From a virus (lineage: Duplodnaviria > Caudoviricetes), in IMG/VR virus record IMGVR_UViG_3300035135_001806, positions 1 through 42,861 of that record: a DNA stretch of 42,861 nucleotides; one strand, 5' to 3'. Within the stretch, counting starts at the first letter, position 1; every line of letters starts with the position of its first letter. Below the pieces are notes generated by a model that saw nothing but the letters and a program-made list of their open reading frames with translations, was not told the origin of the DNA and searched no databases. Made by a program: the position numbers and the translations under genes. Positions 7,153 to 17,842 of this stretch are shown here, in pieces.

Positions 7153-8289
7153 ATGAGTATGGATTTGAAATTTACAACAGCAGGTGATTATTTGAAGTCA
7201 CAACAAAAGCGGATAGGTTTTGCATGTAAGTACATGCATCCTGATCAAACGCAAAAGAAGAAATTACTAGAAGAAATACAAAGGCCGCTAAATACTCGTA
7301 GCACAACAGTGGCGTGGCTAAACAGACAGACACGTGATGTTGCTGAAGAACGCTTGTGGGATATCATGACTCACAATATTGCGTCATACAAGAGGTTGAT
7401 TGAGTATGTGGGAAGCCTTCCTCCAGAGCTTCGTATGGTCCGATTGGGTAGCGATGTGCTTCCTGTTTATACCGAGCCTACTTGGAGTTATTATTGGCGG
7501 TTGCCTCATGTACGTGACTACTGTGAGAAACAATTCGCACCAGTCGGCGAAACGGCAAGAGCCCTCGATGTCCGATTATCGATGCACCCAGGCCAATTTA
7601 CTGTACTTGCAAGCGACAACCCCGAAATTGTCGAAAGATCAATCGAAGAATTTGAATATCACATAGATGTAGCGAGGTGGATGGGATATGGTAAAGAGTT
7701 TCAGGATTTCAAGTGCAATGTCCACATATCAGGCCGTAAAGGTCCAGCCGGTATCAAAGACGCACTTAAACGTCTCTCGCCAGAAGCAAGAAACTGTATT
7801 ACTATCGAAAACGACGAAAACAAATGGGGAATCGAAGCGAGTCTCGAACTTGCAGACGATCTCGCTTTGGTGCTAGACATACACCATCATTGGGTAAACT
7901 CAGGAGAATACATACAACCAAGTGATGATAGATTCCTTCGTATTGTAGACAGTTGGCGCGGAGTACGTCCTGTCATACACTACAGCGTTTCACGTGAGGA
8001 TTTACTTGTAGGACACCCTACAGATGTACAACCTGACATGGATATATTACTTGCAGGTGAATACAAAAAAGCAAAACTACGTGCTCATAGTGATTACATG
8101 TGGAATAATGCTGTTAATGATTGGGCATTAGGGTTTTGGCCATATGCAGATATAATGGTAGAAAGCAAAGCAAAAAATCTTGCAAGTATCGGCCTGCATA
8201 AATACTATACGGAGAACAATAATGAGTTATCTAAACAAAATGTACGGCAGAAAGCCTTCACAACCGGACCAGACCCAATCATCATCTAA
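7153..8289 (+). CDS. uvsE: UV damage endonuclease UvsE/UvdE (true start may be 7159)
   Basis: IGFACK, RLGSD, RLSMHPGQFTVLAS, IENDE, LDIHHHW, AHSDY, MVESKAK motifs. Confidence 0.93.
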   Translation: MSMDLKFTTAGDYLKSQQKRIGFACKYMHPDQTQKKKLLEEIQRPLNTRSTTVAWLNRQTRDVAEERLWDIMTHNIASYKRLIEYVGSLPPELRMVRLGSDVLPVYTEPTWSYYWRLPHVRDYCEKQFAPVGETARALDVRLSMHPGQFTVLASDNPEIVERSIEEFEYHIDVARWMGYGKEFQDFKCNVHISGRKGPAGIKDALKRLSPEARNCITIENDENKWGIEASLELADDLALVLDIHHHWVNSGEYIQPSDDRFLRIVDSWRGVRPVIHYSVSREDLLVGHPTDVQPDMDILLAGEYKKAKLRAHSDYMWNNAVNDWALGFWPYADIMVESKAKNLASIGLHKYYTENNNELSKQNVRQKAFTTGPDPIII

Positions 8290-8515
8290 TAAAAACCCTA
8301 ATAGGGTAACAGGTGGTTTAAAAGGACAAGGTGTAGACCATATTGTAATGGTTAGCGAAGATGGTGCAGAACAACAATTACCTAGTTTTCGATATGTACA
8401 AAGTTTAGAAGACCAAATCAGAAAACAAAGAGCGGCTATTAGCGTTCTTGAAAGAACAGTCTCCAGACAAAGTAAAACACTAGAAAGTTTAAACACTTTC
8501 GTAAGGAGTAAGTAA
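8222..8515 (+). CDS. Hypothetical protein with C-terminal coiled coil
   Basis: GGAG SD and CATAAATA late motif upstream of ATG 8222. Confidence 0.65.
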   Translation: MSYLNKMYGRKPSQPDQTQSSSNKNPNRVTGGLKGQGVDHIVMVSEDGAEQQLPSFRYVQSLEDQIRKQRAAISVLERTVSRQSKTLESLNTFVRSK

Positions 8516-8700
8516 TGTATATTGATAGCGGCAAAGATCTAAAAGTAGATAAAATAACAAGCCCAAGACCAGATAAAATTGGTTTTGGTGCTAATAGCAG
8601 AACACAAGTTCCTGTAAAACAATCTCCGTCCGTAAAAGCACAGACTAAGGCTATGAAGACCGCAGGTGCTGTTACTGCTAAAGGAGAAAAATATGCTTAA
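8515..8700 (+). CDS. Small hypothetical protein
   Basis: TAATG-coupled ORF with AGGAG SD. Confidence 0.55.
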   Translation: MYIDSGKDLKVDKITSPRPDKIGFGANSRTQVPVKQSPSVKAQTKAMKTAGAVTAKGEKYA

Positions 8701-8857
8701 AAAATGGATTAATTCTAGAATGAAGGAACGCACATCTTGGGATGGTGCGGCATTAATTTTACTAGGACTTATGGTTCTATTCTTGGCACCACTCGCAAAA
8801 ATTGCGGCAGGTATTGCTATCGCATACGGTGCATGGACAATTTGGAAAACTGAGTAA
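8693..8857 (+). CDS. Small membrane protein
   Basis: AGGAG SD before ATG 8693; ERTSWDG followed by two hydrophobic helices. Confidence 0.65.
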   Translation: MLKKWINSRMKERTSWDGAALILLGLMVLFLAPLAKIAAGIAIAYGAWTIWKTE

Positions 8858-9142
8858 ATGGTTCTTACTGTTACAGAACGTGCTAAAGATTATCTAGCAA
8901 AAGTAGGAAAGCCTAACGTATCATTATCTGTAAAAGGTGGTGGTTGTTCAGGCTTTCAATACGAATGGGGTGTAACGGACAAAGAACCAACTGTAGAAAA
9001 CCTATGGTTAGATCCTATGGCCGAAATGTTTGTGTTTGGATGTACTGTAGATTATGTAGAAGAACTAGGTGGTTCTTACCTCAAAGTTGTAAACCCTAAT
9101 GCTACTGCAAGTTGCGGATGTGGCGAAAGTTTTGCTGTTTAG
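8858..9142 (+). CDS. HesB/IscA/ErpA family Fe-S cluster carrier
   Basis: VKGGGCSGFQY and NPNATASCGCGESF motifs. Confidence 0.92.
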   Translation: MVLTVTERAKDYLAKVGKPNVSLSVKGGGCSGFQYEWGVTDKEPTVENLWLDPMAEMFVFGCTVDYVEELGGSYLKVVNPNATASCGCGESFAV

Positions 9143-9426
9143 AGCTTACCAATAGGAATATCTAAACTAGCAGGCATATCCCATATTTGTTTCTTTTCAA
9201 CACCCTTCTTTTGTGCAAATACTTTAGCATCACAATTACTACATACATGAAAATAATTGTTACTAAGACGCTTTGGATCCATTGATCCACGGTTTCTTTC
9301 AAACTGTGTATCACAACTATCACACCTCAAAACAACCATGGTCGTGTCTCTATAGTACTTGTGTGATTTACCATTCTTGCTTAGGCGTTCATATATTCTT
9401 TTTAGAGTATATTCTTTTAAAAACAT
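9139..9426 (-). CDS. Hypothetical Zn-finger-like protein
   Basis: CDSC and CSNC pairs; GTAAATA late-type motif directly upstream on the minus strand. Confidence 0.65.
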   Translation of the reverse strand: MFLKEYTLKRIYERLSKNGKSHKYYRDTTMVVLRCDSCDTQFERNRGSMDPKRLSNNYFHVCSNCDAKVFAQKKGVEKKQIWDMPASLDIPIGKL

Positions 9427-9458
9427 ACTGTATTTACATTAAGATTATAAAATCAATT

Positions 9459-9466
9459 GATAAATA
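9459..9466 (+). promoter_or_regulatory. T4-late-type promoter motif (representative of a recurrent NATAAATA family)
   Basis: GATAAATA here; same motif or close variants precede genes at 3758, 8197, 17809, 20527, 21252, 24107, 25452, 33721, 34997, 36961, 37645 and 41837. Confidence 0.7.
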
Positions 9467-9506
9467 TGTTTAGCAATGGTAATCTACCAATTTTGGAGCA
9501 AATAAT

Positions 9507-12500
9507 ATGGCAAAACAAGACGTAAACATTGGTGTTGAGGGTAATGACGGCACCGGCGATAGTATTAGAGAATCGTTTCGTAAAGTAAATGAAAATTTCC
9601 AAGAACTTTATGCAGTATTTGGTCAAGGTGGCCAAATTGGATTTACAACATTAGGTGATACTCCAGACGAAATTGAAGCTGGTAAAATTATTACAACTAA
9701 TAGTACAGGCACTGAAATTATATATAGCGAAATAGGTAGTGATTCAGATCTAAATCCTACAGCAAACGACAGTGTCACAGTAGATACAGCAAGTGTTCCA
9801 GGAAAAATTATTTTATCAACAACTTTTAGTGCCATAGTTGATGATAATGTTGCTCCAACCCTAGGATCACATCTAAATGCGGCAAATTTTGGTATTGCTG
9901 GAGTAGCAATTACTGAATCTGCGGCAACTGCTCTAAATTCACAGCCAGGTAGAACTACAAATTACACAATTGATGATTTAGTCATTACAAGAGGATATGC
10001 TGATAGACGATATATAACAAGCGGACTACCAATACGTATTGCACCAGAGCCTGCCAGTACTTCACAATATGTAAAGACTATTACAAGTTATGTTGATGGC
10101 AATCTGTTTATTGCAGGACACGGCTTTGACAGTGGTGCAAATGGCACAGCATTTATATTCCAAGCTGAAGATACTGATCCGTCAACTCTTACTTCAGGAA
10201 CTACTTACTATATTAGATACGAAACAGATGACCAATTGTCATTGTTTACATCACAAGAATTAGCACAAACAGAAAGTCAAACTGAAGCAGACAATAATAA
10301 GATAAGTGTGAATCATACTATAGCGGCAGACGACTTGCATCAAATTACAGATGCAGGATTTGATAGTACACTTACAGGAAATTTTTTAAGTGATGTGGCT
10401 ATGCCAAGAGAAAGTGTTACCCGAAGACAAGGTGACACAATGGAAGGTCCGTTGTTCTTACATGATCATCCAGGAGACTTAGCAGGGGATGGTGCACCTA
10501 ACGGACAAGAAGATTTACAAGCGGCAACAAAATATTATGTTGATAACACGGCATACAGTTCTCCTGAAGTACTACATGTTAGTACAATTGGTGATGACAC
10601 TATGCAAGGTGTTCCAAACGGAAGAGAAGGTACTGCACCTACATACGCATTTAGAACAATCAATGCCGCGGCACGTAGAGCAGAAGAATTAATCAAAACA
10701 GCGCCAGAAGAGCCAGGACCATATTTCCAAACACTAGCATATACTGCAAGTGGCGTAACTACAGATTGTATTACTGATACACAAGGAGTCGAAAATCCAA
10801 GTGCTCCTATTTCAAATGCTACACTAATTTTGAACAAAGATTATTTGATTGCAGAAACAAGTGGTTTTATACAATATACATATCCAGATTTTGTATATAA
10901 CGATGCAACGTGTAGAAGAGATTTAGGATTAATTATAGACTCTTTAAGGATTGACGCAAACAGAGGAACCACAGCAAACAGTCTATCTCGTATAGCAGGC
11001 GAAAGATATTATTCAAGTGTTAGTGGTAGAATAGCAATCACAACACAATTAACACAAAGTAAAGCATCATTTAGTTTCTTAGGACAATTAATAACAGAAG
11101 CAATTTTACAAAATAAAAGATATCAAGAGAAAGATCTACTTGCAAACAACAATGGATTGACTCAGTTTGATGGTACAAATCCTGCAAGAGCACAAACACA
11201 AACTGATCATGGTTTGCAAGATAAAAATATTATTGAATTTTTTGACGTAGCAGGTCAAACTCAAATAAACGGCGAATTTGCGTATGTTAAAGTAATTGAT
11301 GCATCAACTATCGAATTATTTTCTGATGTAGATTTAACAACACCATTTGACAACAGTTCATTTGGTAACTACGCATCTGCAGGTAAAATTGGATTACGCT
11401 ATCAAACAAAATTCCAAGCAGATAGAACAGGAACACAAGTAAGTGATGGACAAGGAGGCGGTGCCGAACCAAACGTACCAAGTTCAATTACGAACAATGT
11501 TAATTTGATTAATAATATTATCGAAAATGGTATTGAGTCAGGCGCTGATATTGTTTATGGAAGCAGATATTTCCTCACAGTTGATAACAACACTAGCGGA
11601 TTTATTGATCAAACTAATCCCGATAACGTTGATGCTTTACCAGGAAAAGTTATCAGAGGTAAGCGTTCAGGTGCTTTAGGAAGAATCATAACATTTACAC
11701 AGAATACAAATGCAACAACTTTCTTTATGCAACTATTAGAACCAAAAGAATTTGATGCAACACAAGATAACGCAACACAAGCCCCAGGTGAAGAACTTGA
11801 AATGGGTAATTTTGTAAAAGCAAAACAAGTTACTATTAGAGTTGAAACAGGAATATATGAAGAAGACTATCCTATTAGATTACCTAACAACGTTTCACTA
11901 AAAGGTGATGAATTTAGACGAGTGATAATTAAACCTAAGCCACGTGTATCACAAAGTAAGTGGGCTAGAACTTATTTCTATAGAGATAAAGAATTTGATG
12001 GTATTACACTGCATACAACAGGGACACCGTTTTACAACCAAGAAGGCGATCTTACAGGTTATTTCGGATTTAACTATCTAACAGATAATACAAAAAGAAT
12101 ACAAGTTGGAAACTCCGTAAGTAATTTAGGCTTATATAAGCAAGCGGCCAATGTAATAAAAAGTAACAAAGAATTTATTCAAGATGAAGTGATATACTTT
12201 GTTGACACAACCTATCCTGCTCCAGGATTTACATACAACAAAGAAAAATGTAGACGAGATACAGGCTACATAGTAGATGGCTTAGTTAAAGACTTACTTA
12301 ATGGTGGGCAAGAATTTGCACTAGAAAACCAAGGACAATATTATGCAGGATTTGTAGGTTCAGGGTTTGTAGGACAAGAAACTGAAACAGCGGCGGCAAT
12401 CGGACATATTAGCACATTGGTGGCACAACTACTACAAGGTATTGCTCCTACTAAAAATGTAGGCACTGATTTTAATCCTGATATTTCTGCAGGTGACGTT

Positions 12501-15500
12501 GAACCAACTTGGGCGGCAGGTAATAATTATGCACAAGGTGATTTTGTAACTAGAGGCACAGGCGGCGGTGCAAGATACTATCGTGCAATCACTTCACATA
12601 CAAGTATTGCAGGTGACGAAGTCTTAGAACAAGGAACAAACAATACAATTCTTACACCTACAAGATGGGTAGAAGTTACAAGTGCTATTGCATTAGTAGG
12701 ACAATTAATTGACATTGTACAATACCCCTTAGAAAATCCAAGCACATATAACCCACCTTTAAGGAATGATCAAATGGATGTGTTCCTAATGGACGATGCC
12801 ACTATTGTTCGTAATGTTACAGTGCAAGGACACGGAGGCTTTATGTGTGTGCTTGATCCAGAAGGACAAGTTTTAACTAAATCACCATATATCCAAACTG
12901 CAACTAGTTTTTCACAATCTCTAAACAAAAAGGCATTTAGAGGTGGTATGTATGTAGATGCATACACTGGTAACATTCCTATGCGTGTACTAGCTAATAG
13001 CGGTAGTTCAACAGCAGTTGGTATCAGTGGCGGTGCGGTAACACTAAATGACTTTACAATTGCTGTAGAGAGTTTAGATGTCGGCGGTGAACCTCAAGGA
13101 CTTAAACTACGTTTGCCACAATTACCTGCCCCTTTCTATTTTGAGGGTGTTAGATATCAAATTAATGCTATCAGTAACTATGACAGTGGTACAGGTAAAG
13201 CAGTTTTATATCTAGATCCTGGATCTAATTTTTCACAAGGTTATAACAAGATAGGTACTGATCCTATCGGCGATCCTAATCATAATGTAGATGATATTGA
13301 ACAAGACATTTACTTGCAAACAGCAGGTAATAGAAGTATACTAGGTAATGACTTTACACAAATTAATGATCTAGGATATGGATTGGTTACAAACAATGGT
13401 GCATTTTCTGAAATGGTTAGTATGTTTACATACTACACACACGCGGCTTACTATGCGGCAAATGGTTCAGAGATACGTTCGTTGAATGGTTCTAATGGTT
13501 ATGGTAATTTTGGTTTGGTTGCTGAAGGCGCAGATCCAAACGAAATACCTGATCAGGTTACACTTACAAGAGACACTGTGCAAAGTATCAAGTCATTTGT
13601 TTACAATACATTTACAAACGCATTGGGTGATACTAGTATCACAGTTTATGATTTTAGAGAGCCACCTTTAAAGAACTCTACTTTATATATAAACCATCCA
13701 ACAGCAGGTCCATTGAATTACAAAATTGGTAATATTACAAACCTATCAACACCAAATAATGACGGAGTTGTAGGTGCAGACGGTGCTCCTGTTGCAACAG
13801 GTGTTAATACTCTTGATTCTACATTTGGCGGAGGCAATGGCTATACAGGAACTCCACCGGCAGGAAGTGGAATTTATGCAAATGTTGCACAGAAAAGTAC
13901 AACAGGATCAGGTACAGGTTTTCAATTGAATGTAACACTAGTAAGTGGTACACCAACAATTACAATAGGCAATAGTGGACAGGGCTACGCTATTAATGAT
14001 GAAATCACAATCAGTGGTGCAAATATTGGCGGCGTTGATGCAACTAACGACTTGACTGTAAAGGTTAGTGCAGTCTGGCAATCAACAGCAGGAACATTTA
14101 ACAATGAAATTTATAGACTAACAATACAAGAAGCAGGATCCAACAATGACTTCTTCCCAGATGTACAAGAAGGGCTTAATCATAATGATGTCTTAGAATA
14201 CAGACACGGCGAAAACTTAATTTTCTCAGGTGTCAATTCACAAGATATTACAGAACGTCCTAGTACGGCTGTAAACTTTGATGAAAGTGATACAGTAACC
14301 TATAGAAGTACTTCTTTCAGCACACAAGACGATCAGAATACTGCTCTTGCATCTGACCAAATTAAAGCAGTTTTTGATACAGATTTTAGATATGTAGAAA
14401 TAGAACTTGATCCGTTAAACAGAACAGTATCTGCACCAACAGGAGGCGGACAACTAGGCGCGGCTACTACTGATACATTCCTGGCTGTTAAACCATTAAC
14501 AGATTCAGAAGCTATAAGAATTTTACAGGATGCTACTGATGCAAGCAACCAAACTGTATTAAATCCAAGTGATCCGGGCTGGTCAGGAGGAATGATATTT
14601 ACCTATGGCTCAAGAACGTTACGTATACAAGATTATGATGCAATTACAAAAGGTAATATTCAAAGCATAGCATTAGGTGCAACGACAACCATCACATCAA
14701 ACGCACATGGACTTGTCAACGGTAATAGTGTAATATTCAAAGACATCTTAGGAACTGTTGAATTAAATGGCACTACAAAATTTGTAGGTAATGTAACTGC
14801 AAACACATATGATTTGTTTGAGGATCAAGCACTTTCAACAGCAACAAATAGCACATTATTTACAGCTCACACTTCACCAAGTGGTACGTGGGTAAAATCA
14901 GATAGTGCATATTATATTGAAGTAGCGGCAATAACAGCAAATGATGTTACTGGAAATACAAACAATGATATCGGTACTATCAATAGTGTGACTAGAAATG
15001 TTTATGCTGGACTTATAAATGGCACAACAGCAGAAATCACAGTTTCAATATCATTACTACGTGCAACAGGACATGACTTTACAGAAATAGGTACAGGCGG
15101 ATTTAACACAAGTAACTATCCAAACGTGTTACTAGGAACAGCAGTAGGTGGAGCAGAAGCAAAAGCAGGTGCATATACTGATGCAGACAATGCAACTAAA
15201 TCACAAGTTTGGGAAAGACGTAAAGGTAGAGTGTTCTTTATTAGTTCTGACAATGATGGATTCTTCCGTGTAGGTAAGTATTTTGTTGTTGACCAATCCA
15301 CTGGTAGCATTACGTTTGCTGGTGAAGTTGGTATTTCAAGAGCGGCATCATTAGGATTTAAAGATGGTGTTACAATTGACGAATTTTCAAACGATGAACT
15401 GTTTACAGACTTATCAGATACAGCAGTTCCTACAGAAAAAGCAATTGCAAACTATGTAAGCAGAAGATTAGGACACAACGGTACTGCACAATTGACAGGT

Positions 15501-17693
15501 TCAAACAGATTTGCTCCAGGCTTTATGGCACTCAATGGTTCCACTGGTATGGAATCAAACATGGACTTAGGTTCAAATCAAATTAAAAACTTGTTAGATC
15601 CAACGGACGATAACGATGCGGTTACAAAGGATTTCTTAGATCAAGCTGTAGCATCATATGATGAAATCACAGATTTAAGAAATTACACTAATCACACAGT
15701 TACTCCTGCAAACCTTACAAAACAATTAATTGCTCCGTCAGGTGTAAGAAAGATTGTTGTAGAAACAGAATCAGGTACATTATTTGATCCTGCAAGTGCA
15801 AACAAAGAAATTACAGGTGCAGGTGGTGCAACAGGTACACTTATTGCAAGAGAATCAAGATTTGACAAAGTACAAAATGCAAACGTAACCATACTTACTT
15901 ACACAGCAGGTCCAACAGACTTTACAAGTGCAGGTAGTGTGCAACAAACTAGTCCAAGTGTATCAAGTGCAATATTAGAAGCACCAATTGATGAGATTGT
16001 AAATGCTGTAGAAAGCACAGCAAGTGACCTCGAATTAACAGTAACTAGAGGCACAACAAACACAGAATGGGATCTACAAATTAGAGCAGATACTATTGTT
16101 AATGCGGATGTACATGCTCCGGTAGATAACACAGAGTTTACTTCAGATGCAATAGTTCAAAGCAAGCTGAACATGAATAAGGCAACAACTGCGGCGGCGG
16201 CACCTACTGGTGATGAACAGCAGAAACAAGCCACACTTGGTGTTGCGGCATTTGACTCAGATGACTTTACAGTTACAGATGGCTGGGTTACACTGAAAGG
16301 TAATGATGTTGATTTAGATGACTTACCACAGTTAGACCAATACCAAGCATATGGTAGAACTACAGCAGGAACAGGAAGTCCTGAAATTGATACCTATGCA
16401 AATATTGTTGACAAAGGACTTGGCGTTGCAGACGGAGATTTTGGAGGAGTGCTTCCATATTTTTCAGATGCGCCTACAAACAGCATTGTTGGTGACCCAG
16501 GACAAGCTCTAATTAAAACAGGCGCTGGTACATACAGTTCAAGTGAAGTTGCATACACCAACGAAGCAACAAGTATTGCCAAACGTAGAAACGATGGTAG
16601 TTTACAAATGACTGAGTTGATCATAGGTGGATCGGATACTAACACTGTTCTCGCTGAAAACTCAAACAATTTATTGTTTACTACTCCTCAAGGTGGAAAT
16701 ATATTAACAGCTCAAGGCACAACCAAACCTACTATTAAGACAGGCGGTGTCATCAAAGTTGGTGATATAAGTGACTACACAGAAAGTGAATTCCAAAAAA
16801 ACTCACCATACGGATCTGTAGGTGGAGCAGGAACAACAGAAGAAGTTTCAGCTGTAAGAACACGTTGGATACAAACATCATTTATCGAAGCGGCTAATGA
16901 ACTAGGCGGGTCAAGTACAGGTATTGGTCTAGGAACCAACACAGGTTTTGCGGCTGGTGGTACTGATATAATAACTTTTGTAACTAATGGTTCTGTAAGT
17001 GCAAAACACACAGACACTGGTTTAGAAGTAGATGATATTAGAAGTATTACAGCAAATACAAACTTAGTGCTAAGTGCAAACGGCACAGGTGTTGTACAAG
17101 TAAATGACACACTAAGAGTTGACACTTCATTACTTACTGATAGTATTAGTTCAAGAACTACAAATACTGACCTAACACTTAGTGGTAATGGCACAGGTGT
17201 AGTTTATGTAAGTGATGCTCTAAAAACAACTGTGATTACAACTGGTGCGGCAACAACAACAGGCACAGTTACAGGACGTTGGAGTTTGACAGCAAATTCA
17301 CGCTTTGAAGCAACATACGCTGACTTGGCAGAATATTATGAAGGGGATACTGAATACGAAGTAGGAACAGTGCTAGTGTTCGGCGGAGATAAAGAAGTAA
17401 CTACAACTGATACAAAAGGTGATACTAGAGTTGCAGGTGTAGTAAGTGATCAAAGTGCATACACAATGAATCAAAATTGTCCCGGAATAAAAACACTAAT
17501 TGCACTACAAGGTAGAGTGCCTGTAAAAGTAATTGGTACAGTACAAAAAGGCGATATGATTGTAGCAAGTGCAATACCAGGTTACGGAATGGTAGATAAC
17601 AATCCAGGTGTAGGACAAGTGATTGGTAAAGCTGTTGGAACGAAAGATGATACTGAACGTGGTATGGTAGAAGTTGTAGTAGGTAGAGTATAA
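9507..17693 (+). CDS. Giant virion structural protein (baseplate/tail fibre, 2728 aa)
   Basis: N-terminal NIGVEGNDGTGDSIRESFRKVNENF baseplate-type motif; G/T/S/N-rich beta repeats; C-terminal YADLAEYY...GTVLVFGG...GRVPVKV autoproteolytic chaperone-like domain. Confidence 0.8.
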   Translation: MAKQDVNIGVEGNDGTGDSIRESFRKVNENFQELYAVFGQGGQIGFTTLGDTPDEIEAGKIITTNSTGTEIIYSEIGSDSDLNPTANDSVTVDTASVPGKIILSTTFSAIVDDNVAPTLGSHLNAANFGIAGVAITESAATALNSQPGRTTNYTIDDLVITRGYADRRYITSGLPIRIAPEPASTSQYVKTITSYVDGNLFIAGHGFDSGANGTAFIFQAEDTDPSTLTSGTTYYIRYETDDQLSLFTSQELAQTESQTEADNNKISVNHTIAADDLHQITDAGFDSTLTGNFLSDVAMPRESVTRRQGDTMEGPLFLHDHPGDLAGDGAPNGQEDLQAATKYYVDNTAYSSPEVLHVSTIGDDTMQGVPNGREGTAPTYAFRTINAAARRAEELIKTAPEEPGPYFQTLAYTASGVTTDCITDTQGVENPSAPISNATLILNKDYLIAETSGFIQYTYPDFVYNDATCRRDLGLIIDSLRIDANRGTTANSLSRIAGERYYSSVSGRIAITTQLTQSKASFSFLGQLITEAILQNKRYQEKDLLANNNGLTQFDGTNPARAQTQTDHGLQDKNIIEFFDVAGQTQINGEFAYVKVIDASTIELFSDVDLTTPFDNSSFGNYASAGKIGLRYQTKFQADRTGTQVSDGQGGGAEPNVPSSITNNVNLINNIIENGIESGADIVYGSRYFLTVDNNTSGFIDQTNPDNVDALPGKVIRGKRSGALGRIITFTQNTNATTFFMQLLEPKEFDATQDNATQAPGEELEMGNFVKAKQVTIRVETGIYEEDYPIRLPNNVSLKGDEFRRVIIKPKPRVSQSKWARTYFYRDKEFDGITLHTTGTPFYNQEGDLTGYFGFNYLTDNTKRIQVGNSVSNLGLYKQAANVIKSNKEFIQDEVIYFVDTTYPAPGFTYNKEKCRRDTGYIVDGLVKDLLNGGQEFALENQGQYYAGFVGSGFVGQETETAAAIGHISTLVAQLLQGIAPTKNVGTDFNPDISAGDVEPTWAAGNNYAQGDFVTRGTGGGARYYRAITSHTSIAGDEVLEQGTNNTILTPTRWVEVTSAIALVGQLIDIVQYPLENPSTYNPPLRNDQMDVFLMDDATIVRNVTVQGHGGFMCVLDPEGQVLTKSPYIQTATSFSQSLNKKAFRGGMYVDAYTGNIPMRVLANSGSSTAVGISGGAVTLNDFTIAVESLDVGGEPQGLKLRLPQLPAPFYFEGVRYQINAISNYDSGTGKAVLYLDPGSNFSQGYNKIGTDPIGDPNHNVDDIEQDIYLQTAGNRSILGNDFTQINDLGYGLVTNNGAFSEMVSMFTYYTHAAYYAANGSEIRSLNGSNGYGNFGLVAEGADPNEIPDQVTLTRDTVQSIKSFVYNTFTNALGDTSITVYDFREPPLKNSTLYINHPTAGPLNYKIGNITNLSTPNNDGVVGADGAPVATGVNTLDSTFGGGNGYTGTPPAGSGIYANVAQKSTTGSGTGFQLNVTLVSGTPTITIGNSGQGYAINDEITISGANIGGVDATNDLTVKVSAVWQSTAGTFNNEIYRLTIQEAGSNNDFFPDVQEGLNHNDVLEYRHGENLIFSGVNSQDITERPSTAVNFDESDTVTYRSTSFSTQDDQNTALASDQIKAVFDTDFRYVEIELDPLNRTVSAPTGGGQLGAATTDTFLAVKPLTDSEAIRILQDATDASNQTVLNPSDPGWSGGMIFTYGSRTLRIQDYDAITKGNIQSIALGATTTITSNAHGLVNGNSVIFKDILGTVELNGTTKFVGNVTANTYDLFEDQALSTATNSTLFTAHTSPSGTWVKSDSAYYIEVAAITANDVTGNTNNDIGTINSVTRNVYAGLINGTTAEITVSISLLRATGHDFTEIGTGGFNTSNYPNVLLGTAVGGAEAKAGAYTDADNATKSQVWERRKGRVFFISSDNDGFFRVGKYFVVDQSTGSITFAGEVGISRAASLGFKDGVTIDEFSNDELFTDLSDTAVPTEKAIANYVSRRLGHNGTAQLTGSNRFAPGFMALNGSTGMESNMDLGSNQIKNLLDPTDDNDAVTKDFLDQAVASYDEITDLRNYTNHTVTPANLTKQLIAPSGVRKIVVETESGTLFDPASANKEITGAGGATGTLIARESRFDKVQNANVTILTYTAGPTDFTSAGSVQQTSPSVSSAILEAPIDEIVNAVESTASDLELTVTRGTTNTEWDLQIRADTIVNADVHAPVDNTEFTSDAIVQSKLNMNKATTAAAAPTGDEQQKQATLGVAAFDSDDFTVTDGWVTLKGNDVDLDDLPQLDQYQAYGRTTAGTGSPEIDTYANIVDKGLGVADGDFGGVLPYFSDAPTNSIVGDPGQALIKTGAGTYSSSEVAYTNEATSIAKRRNDGSLQMTELIIGGSDTNTVLAENSNNLLFTTPQGGNILTAQGTTKPTIKTGGVIKVGDISDYTESEFQKNSPYGSVGGAGTTEEVSAVRTRWIQTSFIEAANELGGSSTGIGLGTNTGFAAGGTDIITFVTNGSVSAKHTDTGLEVDDIRSITANTNLVLSANGTGVVQVNDTLRVDTSLLTDSISSRTTNTDLTLSGNGTGVVYVSDALKTTVITTGAATTTGTVTGRWSLTANSRFEATYADLAEYYEGDTEYEVGTVLVFGGDKEVTTTDTKGDTRVAGVVSDQSAYTMNQNCPGIKTLIALQGRVPVKVIGTVQKGDMIVASAIPGYGMVDNNPGVGQVIGKAVGTKDDTERGMVEVVVGRV

Positions 17694-17842
17694 TGTCACA
17701 GGTTAAAAATGCAAAAGATCTTAAACCTATCGTTCAAGAAGACAAAGATAAAAGAGTCGTTGTTTATCCTAATGGAAAAAACACAATGATAGTTATAGAA
17801 CCAAAGCAAATAAATACAAGTAGCGAGGACAGAAATGGCTGA
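17693..17842 (+). CDS. Small hypothetical protein (49 aa)
   Basis: TAATG-coupled ORF MSQVKNAKDLKPIVQED..., not in the ORF track. Confidence 0.4.
   Translation: MSQVKNAKDLKPIVQEDKDKRVVVYPNGKNTMIVIEPKQINTSSEDRNG

Noticed and set aside
9623-17699. Numerous minus-strand and alternate-frame ORFs inside the giant structural gene (and similarly inside ligase, uvsE, clpA)
   Set aside because: Fully nested in long genes with clear motifs; they lack SD or promoter signals and are explained by codon bias on the coding strand.
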